A stretch of DNA of 64,000 bases. Source: Oceanispirochaeta sp. (lineage in GTDB: Bacteria > Spirochaetota > Spirochaetia > DSM-2461). The notes below the pieces were generated by a model that was not told the DNA's origin, did not search any database, and saw nothing but the letters and a program-made list of their open reading frames with translations. Made by a program: the position numbers and the translations under genes. Positions 30,037-39,974 of this stretch are shown in pieces (the stretch's first letter is position 1; each line of letters starts with the position of its first letter). Where the stretch lies: contig CAXXOA010000001.1 of the NCBI GenBank assembly GCA_963666275.2, positions 352,001-416,000 on the forward strand, given 5' to 3'.

Positions 30037-31488
30037 CTATAAGCTCTCTTTGTAAAAATTCAATACTACAGCATTGATATCAGGAGAGAAGCTGCCTCTT
30101 TCGGCAAACTGAAGGAGAGAGGAATCTACCTGGACTCCCTGTTCCAGCAGAAATTGAACCGCTTCCGGATTATTTAAATCAATGGCTTTTCTCAGGGCTG
30201 TATACCCCTGATTCATGGCATTGATATCGGCGCCGTATTGAATCAGAAGGGACACAAGCGGAAGAATCTCCTTCCGGTCCCAGGATAAGGTTAAAAGAAG
30301 AGGCTTCCCATAGTCATCTGTAATAGTGGGATCCGCCCCTGCTTTGAGAAGTATCTCAGCCATTTTCAAATATTTATCCTGATACTCGGGATTAAAGTTC
30401 AGACAGATTTGACAGAGGGGACGTATATTCTGAGAGTCAACTATTTCAAGCAGGATAGGTTGTGTCCTCAACACATCTTTCATGCCTTGAATATCTCTTT
30501 CTCTGATCCTGTTGTGAAGAGCTGTCATACCGCGGGAATCCCAGTCTATGGCAATGGCTCCCCATTCTACAAGTTGTGCTCTGGTGGTATCATCCAGGGC
30601 GTTCATATAAGGGACCCGGCCGAATTGGTCAATCAGATTAATGTCGGCACCATGGGCAATCAGTATTTTTATGGCTTCCCAGAAGTCATCCCGGTTCTCA
30701 GCTTTCTTCAGATAGGTCACAAGTGTATGTAGGGCAGGACTTTTGGGAGTACTGTCTCCTGTGATCAGAGGGGTGTCGGGATCAATACCCTGATCCAGAA
30801 GAAAATTCAGCATTTGAGAATCAAAAATTGAATACCACGGGAGAGCAGCAACCAGTTGCTGTCCTTCTCTGTAATGAATATCTGCACCCAGTGACACCAG
30901 TCTGCTATATGTTTCCGGTGAACGGCTGAAGACGGCTTCCTGGAGAGGAAAGGGAGAGGTTTTATCATAGTTGTTCAGGTCAACACCGTGATCCATAAAA
31001 AGCTCTACCATAGGCCAGTCTCCTTTAGCGACCGCCTTGCAGAGGCTGTCTTCCAGTGTTCCCATGGTTAAAGTGTCTGTAGAGTAGAAACTGCCATCTA
31101 TTATACGATAGCGGTTCAGAACCTTTTCGACCTTTTTCAGATCCTCCTTTATTACAGCCTGAAACAAACGGTTGTCCGGGATTCTGTAGTTGGCCAGAAG
31201 AGTCCAGACTATCAGGCCTGAGAAGATCATGGCTGAAAATATGCGTATGACTCCTTCTCTGATTCTTATCCCTTTTTTCCAGGGAAAGAAAAGAGAAATT
31301 GATATGCCGGCAAAAAAGAGAGCCCCCAGGGCCAAATAGGCTGTATCATTATCCCCTTCCCGCAGGTTGTGAACGCTGTGAGGTAAGATAAAAAGACACA
31401 ACAGTCCGTAAAGAAGAATGAGCAGGAAAGTCCGCAATCGATTGTTCAGAACAGGATCCTTTTTGAATTGGTGTTTATTATTCTGCAT
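30037..31488 (-). CDS. 3-TM-anchored ankyrin repeat protein (paralog of 56582-57985)
   Basis: Three TM helices and ankyrin repeats; shares SLCKAV..G.W.MVEL, GVDLNNY and HYR.GQQL.AALP with its paralog. Confidence 0.88.
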   Translation of the reverse strand: MQNNKHQFKKDPVLNNRLRTFLLILLYGLLCLFILPHSVHNLREGDNDTAYLALGALFFAGISISLFFPWKKGIRIREGVIRIFSAMIFSGLIVWTLLANYRIPDNRLFQAVIKEDLKKVEKVLNRYRIIDGSFYSTDTLTMGTLEDSLCKAVAKGDWPMVELFMDHGVDLNNYDKTSPFPLQEAVFSRSPETYSRLVSLGADIHYREGQQLVAALPWYSIFDSQMLNFLLDQGIDPDTPLITGDSTPKSPALHTLVTYLKKAENRDDFWEAIKILIAHGADINLIDQFGRVPYMNALDDTTRAQLVEWGAIAIDWDSRGMTALHNRIRERDIQGMKDVLRTQPILLEIVDSQNIRPLCQICLNFNPEYQDKYLKMAEILLKAGADPTITDDYGKPLLLTLSWDRKEILPLVSLLIQYGADINAMNQGYTALRKAIDLNNPEAVQFLLEQGVQVDSSLLQFAERGSFSPDINAVVLNFYKESL

Positions 31489-31599
31489 TTTATCTGGAGA
31501 TTCATGCCTCTGTCAACGGGCTTCTTTTCGAACTGGAATACCAGCGCTCTCCTATGTTTCTTAAGCCCTTAACATTACAGAAAAATCCTCCCCGTCCCG

Positions 31600-32985
31600 T
31601 CAGGGCAGGTTCAGAAAATCCAGGACTGAGTCATCCGAAAAGAGGGAACTCCCCAGCTCCGCCGGCGTGTAGGAGTGATCATTTTCGGTAAGCGGATCCA
31701 GACCTTTCCGGATAAAGGTGTTCGCCAGAGCGGCCATGTTCTTCTGAGCCGGTTCATCCAGGACTTCCCGGTAGGCCCTGTCCACGATCAGGTGGAGCAG
31801 GGTGTTTTTCCGGTCGTCCCGGGCTTTCACGTCAGCGCCGTACTCCAGGAGCAGTTCCGGAAGCTCTGTTCCCTGGGCATTGTAGGCGCAGATCATAAGA
31901 GGAGTCTGGCTCCACTGGTCCCGCCAGTCCGGATCGGCGCCCCTTTCCAGCAGGAGACGGGCCGCTTCCGCCTGGTCTCCCGCCGCCGCATAAAAGAGGG
32001 GGGACCAGCCGTCTGCATTTCCCCGGTTCAGGGGGATCTCGCCCTGCCGGATCAGCTCTTCCATCAGAGGGATGTCTCCCTCCAGAGCGGCCAGATGGAG
32101 GGCTGTTTCCTTCGCCTTTCCGGAAACAGGAATATCTTCGGCTCCCAGGGCTTCCAGATCTTCCCGCCAGTCTTCCTGATCCGCCATATAGAGGGGAGGC
32201 TGCAGATAGTTATTGGGCCGGTTGATATCTCCTCCCTGGTTCTGAACAATCCGGATCAGCTCCAGGGGAGCATGATTTTTCACCGCATAGTGCAGGGGAG
32301 TGTTCCCCGAAGAATCTTCCCGGTTGGGGTCAGCTCCGGCGCCAAGGAGCGCCTCCAGGGTCTCCGGATCGTCCCTGTCATCTTCAAAAAACAGATGGAG
32401 GGCCGTCTGGTTAAGGGAATTGACGGGGATATTGACATCTGCTCCCAGCCGGACCAGTTCTCCCAGAGCCTTCCCTGAACCGAACTGTACTGCCGTGAGA
32501 ACATAGTACTCTCTTCTGGTTAAGTAATCCGTATAGTCTGGATTGGCCCCGTGGACTATAAGATTCTCAATGACTTCCGGTTTATCAGCCCCCACTGCCG
32601 CATTCAGAGCGGCCCCCAGTTCGGGTGAGTCAAAGGATTTCTCACTCAGAGACTTTTCCAGCCTTTCCACCATCCCTTCCTGAGCGTACATCATGAGGTT
32701 GTCCCTGTCCCGGCTGTGGCTGTCGAAGTTTGCTGCAATGCTGGCCACTCCACTGATCATAAAGATTCCCAGTGGCGCTATGATCAGCCAGATTCTGTAG
32801 GGATTATCCGATTTCGCTGCCGAATAGTAGACCCCCAGTACCATAAAAAAGAGGCTCCCCAGCCAGGCCAGTCCCGCATCCTGATCAAAGGCATGGATCC
32901 GCTCAAAAGCCAGACGGAGGGCTATCACCGTATAGGCAAGTTCAAAGATAAGGAGAAACAGGGGGAAGGGTTTTTTCTGCGCCAT
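31600..32985 (-). CDS. 3-TM-anchored ankyrin repeat protein
   Basis: Three TM helices; GNTPLHYAV, ETALHLAA, GWSPLFYAA and QTPLMICA repeats. Confidence 0.92.
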   Translation of the reverse strand: MAQKKPFPLFLLIFELAYTVIALRLAFERIHAFDQDAGLAWLGSLFFMVLGVYYSAAKSDNPYRIWLIIAPLGIFMISGVASIAANFDSHSRDRDNLMMYAQEGMVERLEKSLSEKSFDSPELGAALNAAVGADKPEVIENLIVHGANPDYTDYLTRREYYVLTAVQFGSGKALGELVRLGADVNIPVNSLNQTALHLFFEDDRDDPETLEALLGAGADPNREDSSGNTPLHYAVKNHAPLELIRIVQNQGGDINRPNNYLQPPLYMADQEDWREDLEALGAEDIPVSGKAKETALHLAALEGDIPLMEELIRQGEIPLNRGNADGWSPLFYAAAGDQAEAARLLLERGADPDWRDQWSQTPLMICAYNAQGTELPELLLEYGADVKARDDRKNTLLHLIVDRAYREVLDEPAQKNMAALANTFIRKGLDPLTENDHSYTPAELGSSLFSDDSVLDFLNLP

Positions 32986-33170
32986 GGAAGATCCTTTTTG
33001 TTTATGTCTATCTGTTTTTAATCAGAAGTGAGTATTGAAGAATACGCTCTATTTGTAAACCCCTGTTTGGAGATCTTTATTTTCCGGCGAGACTGATTGC
33101 TTTTAATTTTTGAAGAGAGAGATGATTTTTTTCAGTTAGGTTTTCTATGAAAAGAAAGAATGAAAACTGT

Positions 33171-33200
33171 AAACAACACCCCTCTCCCTCTGGGAGAGGG
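33171..33200. repeat. REP-like hairpin, copy 1
   Basis: AAACAACACC followed by CCCTCTCCC-TCT-GGGAGAGGG perfect 9-bp stem (33180-33200). Confidence 0.65.
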
Positions 33201-33318
33201 AGGAGTCTCCTGTAAAACAGAAACATCCCCCTTCCCTGAACCGAAAAATCTTCACCAAGTTGACAGAGCAATAGGGATGTGCTTGTATACTAATAATCCA
33301 TAAAAAAGGAATTCTCAC

Positions 33319-33594
33319 ATGAAAAACTTCAAGCATTACCTTTTTCTCTGCTTTATTACCCTGGTTACAGAAGGCTATTTACTTCATGAAGCTTTTTACG
33401 CCCACCGGGCCCGGGAAAAGGATGCCTTTGCCATTATTATTCCTGCGATTTTTATTGTCTGGATTATTTTCGGTTACTTTTCCCGGAAATACTTCCGGAT
33501 TCCCTGGAAGATCTTCATCCCTCTGTTTGCGATCGGGGCGGGGATTTTGATCTGGATTCGGCTGGCTTTTCTACAGCCCGGCTGGATCATCTAA
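33319..33594 (+). CDS. Small 3-TM membrane protein resembling the ankyrin anchor module
   Basis: 91 aa; three hydrophobic segments with an EKDA loop and a basic second loop; AAGGA RBS. Confidence 0.7.
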   Translation: MKNFKHYLFLCFITLVTEGYLLHEAFYAHRAREKDAFAIIIPAIFIVWIIFGYFSRKYFRIPWKIFIPLFAIGAGILIWIRLAFLQPGWII

Positions 33595-33631
33595 TCTCTT
33601 TTTATACATCATTATCTCAGGAGAACCATTT

Positions 33632-35497
33632 ATGACCCATGAAAAAGCAAACCCGAAGAGTCATCCCCGAAACCTTGCTCTGGCCTGGCTCGCCCATATC
33701 GGAGTCAATGCGTATTCCTTTGTCAGGTGCCTGGAATACTTAAGGGAAGGGAATGAGCAGGTTTTACATATACAGCTCCTGGGAATCTGGCTTTTCGGTG
33801 TGATTGGAGCTTTTACAATAAAGATAGGTCATAATTTCCGGGCCCGACTCATATTTTTTCTTTTTTCCTTCCTGGCGCCCATGATCTTCGGGGGAATGTT
33901 TGTGGTTGAATCAATACAGGCATCCCTGGAACCGCAAGCCCAGCTGAGACGGGTGATAGAAGAGGGAAAAAATGAGCAGCTTGAAGATCTTCTCCATAAG
34001 GGAATAATGAAACAAAACGAGATTCAGTACTCTTTGCTTACAGCTATCAGGTGTGATAATACCGATGCCCTGGCGCTGCTGGCAGGGCAGGGAGCTGATG
34101 TGAATCTTGCTGTGGGTGGGGTTAATCTTCCCCTGAACCGAGCCGTTGAAGAGAATGTGCCCCGGGTGGTTCAGACCCTGCTGGATCTGGGAGCGGATAT
34201 AAACGGCTCGGATATCCATGGGCAGACTCCACTCCATACGGCCGTGAAAGAAAGAAAACGATCTCTGCTCGGGCAGTTGCTGGAAGCCGGCGCCGACCCC
34301 AATGCTTTTGACAACAGAGGATATCCCCCGGCAAATTATACAGACGAAGAAGAGATCCTGAAGATTCTGGCCGATGCGGGGGGCCGGAGGGTGGAGATGA
34401 TTGATCCCCGGGAAGGGATAACCAGTCTTCATGCCGCCGTGAAGGCCGATGACAGGGACCTGGTAAAAGAGATCCTGACAGAGGGGTTTCCTCCGGTGGA
34501 TGTGGTGGATGCGCAGGATCGAACTCCTCTTATGTATGCGGCCCGGGAGGGGCTGACCGATATGGTACGAATCCTTCTGGACGGGGGAGCAGACGTCAAT
34601 GCTGAAACCCCGCAGGGGAGCAGTGCCCTTTTTGCCGCTGCCTATTCGGGATCCGCCAATGTATGCCGCCTCCTTCTTGACCGGGGGGCTGATCTTTCGG
34701 TTTTTACAGAAGGCTATTCTCCTCTGAATATTGCCGTTGAAAACGGGCATTCCTCCCTTTTTACGCTTTTTCTGGAACAGGGTTTTGCCATTGCGGATGA
34801 AACAATAGAACTGGCCTATGAAAATGAGAACCTGGCCTTAAGGAAGCTGGTTCTGGAGGGGGCTATTCAGAGTCAGGAGTTTGATCTTAACAGTCTTATC
34901 TTTCCGGCTCTAAAGAATGGGGATCTTACGACCCTGTTCCATCTGGCAGAGAAGGGGGTAGACTTTAATACCAGAGGATCCCATGGATTGACTGCCGCTC
35001 ATTATCTTTTTGCAGACAGTTCCTCCGATCCCCGTTTGATCCGGTTTATCCTGGAACAACAGACAGATCTTACAGTTCAGGACTATCAATCCTATACTCC
35101 TCTGGATTATGCTGTTATGAATGATAATCTGTCCGGTTTTAATACACTCTGGTCATTTATCGGGGAAGAGATCTCCCCGGAACAGCTGAATCTCACTTTT
35201 CTCCATTCCGTGGAATTCGCTTCTCCCGCAACTATGGCACGCCTCCTGACTCTGGGGGCGGATATCCATTTTGTGGAAACCGGTTCTACAGATCCAGTTC
35301 TGTTTCATCTGCCCGATTATTTTGATGGGATAGAAGTGGCTGTGGAAAGAGAAAAAGCTCTTGATGATCTGGAGCAGTGTATAGCCATCCTGGTTCAGGC
35401 CGGTGCCGATCCTGATGAGTCGATTGACAACTGGACCCTTGAGGATCAGTACGGAGAGGATAGTTCCGTTATGAATATTATAAGGTCATACAGATAA
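33632..35497 (+). CDS. 3-TM-anchored ankyrin repeat protein
   Basis: Three TM helices; GQTPLHTAV, RTPLMYAAREG, SALFAAAYSG and YTPLDYAV; AGGAG RBS. Confidence 0.92.
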   Translation: MTHEKANPKSHPRNLALAWLAHIGVNAYSFVRCLEYLREGNEQVLHIQLLGIWLFGVIGAFTIKIGHNFRARLIFFLFSFLAPMIFGGMFVVESIQASLEPQAQLRRVIEEGKNEQLEDLLHKGIMKQNEIQYSLLTAIRCDNTDALALLAGQGADVNLAVGGVNLPLNRAVEENVPRVVQTLLDLGADINGSDIHGQTPLHTAVKERKRSLLGQLLEAGADPNAFDNRGYPPANYTDEEEILKILADAGGRRVEMIDPREGITSLHAAVKADDRDLVKEILTEGFPPVDVVDAQDRTPLMYAAREGLTDMVRILLDGGADVNAETPQGSSALFAAAYSGSANVCRLLLDRGADLSVFTEGYSPLNIAVENGHSSLFTLFLEQGFAIADETIELAYENENLALRKLVLEGAIQSQEFDLNSLIFPALKNGDLTTLFHLAEKGVDFNTRGSHGLTAAHYLFADSSSDPRLIRFILEQQTDLTVQDYQSYTPLDYAVMNDNLSGFNTLWSFIGEEISPEQLNLTFLHSVEFASPATMARLLTLGADIHFVETGSTDPVLFHLPDYFDGIEVAVEREKALDDLEQCIAILVQAGADPDESIDNWTLEDQYGEDSSVMNIIRSYR

Positions 35498-35505
35498 AGA
35501 TTATG

Positions 35506-35554
35506 AAACAACAAACCTCTCCCTCCTTCGACTCCGCTCAGGAACCGGAGAGGG
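35506..35554. repeat. REP-like hairpin, copy 2, with an extra element in the loop
   Basis: First 20 nt match copy 1 at 18/20; loop holds CTTCGACTCCGCTCAGGAACC before GGAGAGGG. Confidence 0.6.
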
Positions 35555-35578
35555 GCTAAAAACCTGAAACCCTTTCTC

Positions 35579-36208
35579 TTATGGGGTTAATTCTACTGCA
35601 AAATCATCGGGTGCCATGAAAAGCAGGATAATGGGAATCTCTATGACCATGGAGGAACCATAGATGTTTACGAGGATCTGGTCTGTTTCCTCCATGCCGG
35701 AAGAATCAGAATCGACTTTCACTCCCGCCTTTTTCATGTCTTTCAGGTCGCCGCTGAGATCAATGAGCAGCGTGTATTTTGCTCCCGACATAAAGGCCAA
35801 AGCCGTTTCATCGGTTTCTTCCTCATCACTGAGAGAGGGGATGACGATCTCATAGCCTTTTTCTGTTTTCACAGGCAGAAAGTAGGTCGTTTCAAGCCCG
35901 GAAGTGATATCACTGACTTTTCCGGAGACTTTGATTTCCGCCCCGATATGGTAGGGCGTATTCACAGGGCTTACGCTCGCATACAGCTCGTTGTATTCCC
36001 CGAAGATTTCGTCTCCGATCTCATCAAATTCGGAGTAGTCCATCTCCTCTCCGGAAAAAGAGCCGATCATGTCCATCATCGCTTTCTGCATTGTGTAGCG
36101 AACTGTTACATCCGCTTTGCCCTTATGGAGAGAGACTGTATGGAAAATATCAAGGCAGCTTGTCAGTAACAGGGTGAATGCACAGAGTGCTATTAGTTTG
36201 AATTTCAT
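35579..36208 (-). CDS. Lipoprotein of unknown function
   Basis: MKFK...LLLTSC lipobox; AAGGA RBS. Confidence 0.8.
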   Translation of the reverse strand: MKFKLIALCAFTLLLTSCLDIFHTVSLHKGKADVTVRYTMQKAMMDMIGSFSGEEMDYSEFDEIGDEIFGEYNELYASVSPVNTPYHIGAEIKVSGKVSDITSGLETTYFLPVKTEKGYEIVIPSLSDEEETDETALAFMSGAKYTLLIDLSGDLKDMKKAGVKVDSDSSGMEETDQILVNIYGSSMVIEIPIILLFMAPDDFAVELTP

Positions 36209-36384
36209 TTTGTTTCCTTAATAGGGAGAGATCGTTATACCCTATTATACAGAGTTCTCCCTGTTTCTGTCAGTTCATAAAACTTATCTATGAAATTAAC
36301 GTTCTCTTGTCAGGCTGAGTAAACAGGTATCTGCCGGAAAGGGGTTTTACACGGTTAATTGAGGAGTTTCGGTTCTGAGAATTG

Positions 36385-37062
36385 TCAAAGTGTGGAGATT
36401 CTCCTTTTCATTCTCCTGTAAGGAGATGAAATTCCTTCCTTTTTCCAGGACAGATACCCTCTGACAGCCAGAATCAGAAGGATTACATAGAGGAGAGAAA
36501 GGAATTTCACCTCTTTAATCCAGTAAAGGCCGATGGCAATCACATCCACCACAATCCATATGAGCCAGCTTTCAGTCCGTTTGCGGGCCAGCAGATACAT
36601 GGCGGCAAAACTGGCCACTGTGGTGAACGCATCCAGGTAAGGAAAGTCGGCGGCCAGAGGGAAGAGGGCCGGAAGAAAAAGGTGGATCCGGGCCATGAGA
36701 AAACCGCCGGTCCCCGACAGGAGAGCTATGGCCCCCAGCCAGAGCAGGTTATTCAGGCGGGTACCTCTTCTGACAGCGATCTCTCTGGTGTCTCTTCGCT
36801 CCCGACTCCAGTACCACCAGCCGTAGGTGCTGGCTCCCAGGTAGTAGATCTGTTCCAGGCAGTCCGAATAGAGCTGGATCTGATAAAAGAGCATACCGTA
36901 GAGGATCACCGAGGCTATTCCCACGGGCCAGTTGAGCATTCTTTTCTGCGAAATGAGCCACACCGACCAAAGGTAAAGAATCGTACCCACGAATTCGATA
37001 TAGCTCATGGGGTACCCCAAAAAGGTGAAAAATATACTGTCTATGGAAAAGAAATTTACCAT
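36385..37062 (-). CDS. pnuC: PnuC family nicotinamide riboside transporter
   Basis: NWPVG, YGWWYW, PYLDAFTT and ESWLIWIVVD motifs; overlaps nadR by 7 bp. Confidence 0.9.
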   Translation of the reverse strand: MVNFFSIDSIFFTFLGYPMSYIEFVGTILYLWSVWLISQKRMLNWPVGIASVILYGMLFYQIQLYSDCLEQIYYLGASTYGWWYWSRERRDTREIAVRRGTRLNNLLWLGAIALLSGTGGFLMARIHLFLPALFPLAADFPYLDAFTTVASFAAMYLLARKRTESWLIWIVVDVIAIGLYWIKEVKFLSLLYVILLILAVRGYLSWKKEGISSPYRRMKRRISTL

Positions 37063-38051
37063 GTGCGATTCTCCTTGTAATGATTCAGTTCCCGGGCAAC
37101 CCGGTCCATCCTTTCGTTCAGACTGCCTTCCAGAAGGACATAGGGGATTTCTCTCCTATCCAGATCCCGGCGAAACCTCCTTTGGAACAGGCTCCTATGG
37201 ACTTCTCCGGAACGGTCCTCCGTATCGTCATAGGGAATATCGTCGCCGCAGAGAAAATGAAGGTCGTATCGGTCCCGGCAGTCATCGGCCAGAAGCTCCA
37301 GTTCCTTTACAGCCGATCCATGATAATCCAGAGCGAAATGATAGGTAGACAGGGCTCCCGTGTCAACAAAGAAGTAATCCCCCCCTATATAGGCCTTTTC
37401 TACTTCCTTTTTCCGGTGAATCAGAGCTAATTCCAGGAGCTGTTCACCGGTCAGACGACGATTCCTCTGGTGCTTTTCCCAATATTCCCGGCCGTACTCG
37501 GCCATCCAGGGGCAGGCATATTTTTCTGCCAGGGCTCGGGCCAGGGTCGTTTTGCCCGTGCCGGGGGCTCCGTGAAATACGGCTTTGATTATATGGTCAA
37601 AGTAGACCGGCGGGGGTAAGAATTCCCGAAATGCCGGGGGATTTTCCCGTATCATGGTTCCCGAAACAGGGATGTGGATTCTCCGGGGATCAACTTGGCG
37701 GTTTCGGCACTTAAGGGCGCGGCTCATGTGTTCCCCGTAGGGTTCGGAGGAGTAGAAACTGTGAATAGGAGTACCCTTGAGAACTTTAAGAACGTACTCT
37801 TCCTGACATTTCATTATCTCCGGTGAGTAGCCCGTCTCCTCCGGTCCGTCCGGGGCCGTAATTGGCTCAACCCGATGGGGGAAGCACTCCCTAATCCAGG
37901 CCGCCCTTTTATTAAGCGGTATGGATGTAAGACGGCTTTGGTAGATAATCACCTTAACCAGGTCCATCTCTCTAAGGGCCGTTTCGATGACATGGGCATG
38001 GCCCCGATGGAAGGGAGCGTATTTACCCAGGCATAATCCGATTTTTCTCAT
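37056..38051 (-). CDS. nadR: NadR-type NMN adenylyltransferase / ribosylnicotinamide kinase without HTH
   Basis: GKYAPFHRGH (HxGH), SSEPYG, VSGTMIR, Walker A GAPGTGKTT and EYGREYWE. Confidence 0.88.
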   Translation of the reverse strand: MRKIGLCLGKYAPFHRGHAHVIETALREMDLVKVIIYQSRLTSIPLNKRAAWIRECFPHRVEPITAPDGPEETGYSPEIMKCQEEYVLKVLKGTPIHSFYSSEPYGEHMSRALKCRNRQVDPRRIHIPVSGTMIRENPPAFREFLPPPVYFDHIIKAVFHGAPGTGKTTLARALAEKYACPWMAEYGREYWEKHQRNRRLTGEQLLELALIHRKKEVEKAYIGGDYFFVDTGALSTYHFALDYHGSAVKELELLADDCRDRYDLHFLCGDDIPYDDTEDRSGEVHRSLFQRRFRRDLDRREIPYVLLEGSLNERMDRVARELNHYKENRTW

Positions 38052-39403
38052 AGACTGTCGGGGACCTCCGTTTGGAAGGTTATGATTTTCCTATCCTCAT
38101 CCAGGCCGATGTTATCGCCCATCTTAAGGGGGAGGTTTTCGGCTCCGTACCTCTTGAGTACATTCGTGAGAGAGGTGAGAACTTCCTCTTCCTTTCCCGT
38201 GTTTACGGGCAGACCTACTTCCAGTGAGTAATCAGCCCTCTGCACTATTTTATAGGCCGGGAGGGCCAGGGGCGCCAGGGCGCGGGAAAAATCCACCGTA
38301 TTGATCCACCTCCCTTGGGGCAGGGAAAAACGTACCGGCTTTCGGCCCTGGAAATCTATCAGATATAACCTGTCTTCTTCTCTTTCAAACCGGCAGAAAT
38401 CACCCGTTCGGTAGCGGATAAGGGGTAGGTAGGGATTATTGCCCCCGCTCAGGGCCAGCTCTCCCCACTCTCCGTCGGGAAGGGAGCGGTCCTCTTCAGG
38501 ATCGAGGACCTCCAGATAAAGGTCGGGGCGCATGGATTGGGTCATCCCTTTTCTTGTCCAGGCGATGTTACGGCACTCGGTCATGGAATAGACGTCAAAC
38601 AGGGGGCACTGAAAGTGGGCTTCCAGCCTATCGGCCAGTCCGGAAGAGAGGGCCATCGCACTGGAGATCATGGCGTGGGGTCTCAGGGGGATTCCCCTTT
38701 CCATCAGGGCGGCGAAGGCCAGGGGATCCCCGGTCAGCAGGGAGGGATTGAGCTCTGTCAGATACTCCCTGCAGTCATGCGGATCTCTCCACTGGCCGGG
38801 ATGGAGGTTGATCTTTATAAAACCGGCCCCGTCCAGATAGGACGAGACAGAGGCGTATGTCAGTGTTTCCAGCTGGCTGCAGATCAGGGCTATGGCTGTT
38901 GTGCCCGGACCTCTTGCCAGGCTAATCCCTTCGGTTGAGAGCATTTTTTCTACCTGCGGCAGCCAGGAGGAGGCTTCTTCCGGTCCGAAGATCACATCCA
39001 GCGGGGCTCCCGTTGTTCCCGAGGTGGCGTAGCAGAGGATATCATCGAGGGGGGCACTGTCTCTCACAAAGTTCCAAGGCGCCCTTCGCAGGTCCTCCCG
39101 GGTAAAGGAGGGGGCTCGGGAGAAATCCGCCGGATAATCCCGGTAAGCGGGAACGTCGGAAAGGACATCTTGGTAGAACCCTTCTATGAAGTCTTCCGTA
39201 GCAAAATCCCCCCTACCGTCCATATAGTTTCTGTAGGCATTCAGGTTTTCAAGATGTTTCCCGGTCAGCCGGTCTCCGGACTTGAAATTGTACAGGGGAG
39301 AGTTGGGATGCTGGCGCAGAGCGTTAAGCCAGTTTAGATTTTCAGCGGCGGGGAACCGTTCCTCATCGGTGAGAACCGGCATAATCTCTTTACTCTCTGC
39401 CAT
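38048..39403 (-). CDS. CapK / phenylacetate-CoA ligase-like adenylate-forming enzyme
   Basis: TSGTTG P-loop, YSMTE, PLIRYRTGD and GR motifs. Confidence 0.85.
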   Translation of the reverse strand: MAESKEIMPVLTDEERFPAAENLNWLNALRQHPNSPLYNFKSGDRLTGKHLENLNAYRNYMDGRGDFATEDFIEGFYQDVLSDVPAYRDYPADFSRAPSFTREDLRRAPWNFVRDSAPLDDILCYATSGTTGAPLDVIFGPEEASSWLPQVEKMLSTEGISLARGPGTTAIALICSQLETLTYASVSSYLDGAGFIKINLHPGQWRDPHDCREYLTELNPSLLTGDPLAFAALMERGIPLRPHAMISSAMALSSGLADRLEAHFQCPLFDVYSMTECRNIAWTRKGMTQSMRPDLYLEVLDPEEDRSLPDGEWGELALSGGNNPYLPLIRYRTGDFCRFEREEDRLYLIDFQGRKPVRFSLPQGRWINTVDFSRALAPLALPAYKIVQRADYSLEVGLPVNTGKEEEVLTSLTNVLKRYGAENLPLKMGDNIGLDEDRKIITFQTEVPDSL

Positions 39404-39974
39404 AGGTATTAGCCGCTTCCCGGGCTCTCTTTTCCCGCATCTTCCTTTTTATTTCCTCCGCCCGGCTGTGGGCCTGGCGGCTCTGTTCTTCCAGTTCGGC
39501 GCGATAGAGAGTATCCAGGGCCTTCAGCCTGTCTTCCCCTTCACTGGGCGTTTCTCCCCGGGGGAATAGACCGCACCAGTGAAGGGCCAGGCGGCACAGC
39601 TCTTCCCTGCGGGCCGGGTTTCCGATCATCTGGGGAGGAGAGACAAGGCGGACTAACCTGTTCATATGATCGTACCCCCGGGAAAACCCCGGGCCCAGTA
39701 CTTCTTTTCCGTGAAACCAGGGGTGGGAGTAGAGATAGGCCAGAACCTGCAGCCCCTGCCAGTGCCCGATCTCCCAGTTTTCCCAGCGTTCTTCCAGCCG
39801 GGATGCCAGTTCCCCGGGTATTTTCACTTCCTGGAAAATAAAGAGATCCTTCACAATCGCCAGGCTGTGAACCTTGGACCGGGAGTGGGAAGGAAAGGGG
39901 AGAGGGGATTCCAGAAACAGAGACGGGCACTCGCTGAGGTAATTCAGCAGCTCTTCAAGGGGCGGGCTGTTCAT
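39390..39974 (-). CDS. Hypothetical helical protein of the MoxR-vWA operon
   Basis: ATGA overlap with vWA gene, GGAGG RBS; RREELCRL motif and charged coiled-coil C-terminus. Confidence 0.8.
   Translation of the reverse strand: MNSPPLEELLNYLSECPSLFLESPLPFPSHSRSKVHSLAIVKDLFIFQEVKIPGELASRLEERWENWEIGHWQGLQVLAYLYSHPWFHGKEVLGPGFSRGYDHMNRLVRLVSPPQMIGNPARREELCRLALHWCGLFPRGETPSEGEDRLKALDTLYRAELEEQSRQAHSRAEEIKRKMREKRAREAANTYGRE

Noticed and set aside
37040..37100. Riboswitch upstream of pnuC
   Set aside because: pnuC overlaps nadR, leaving no leader.
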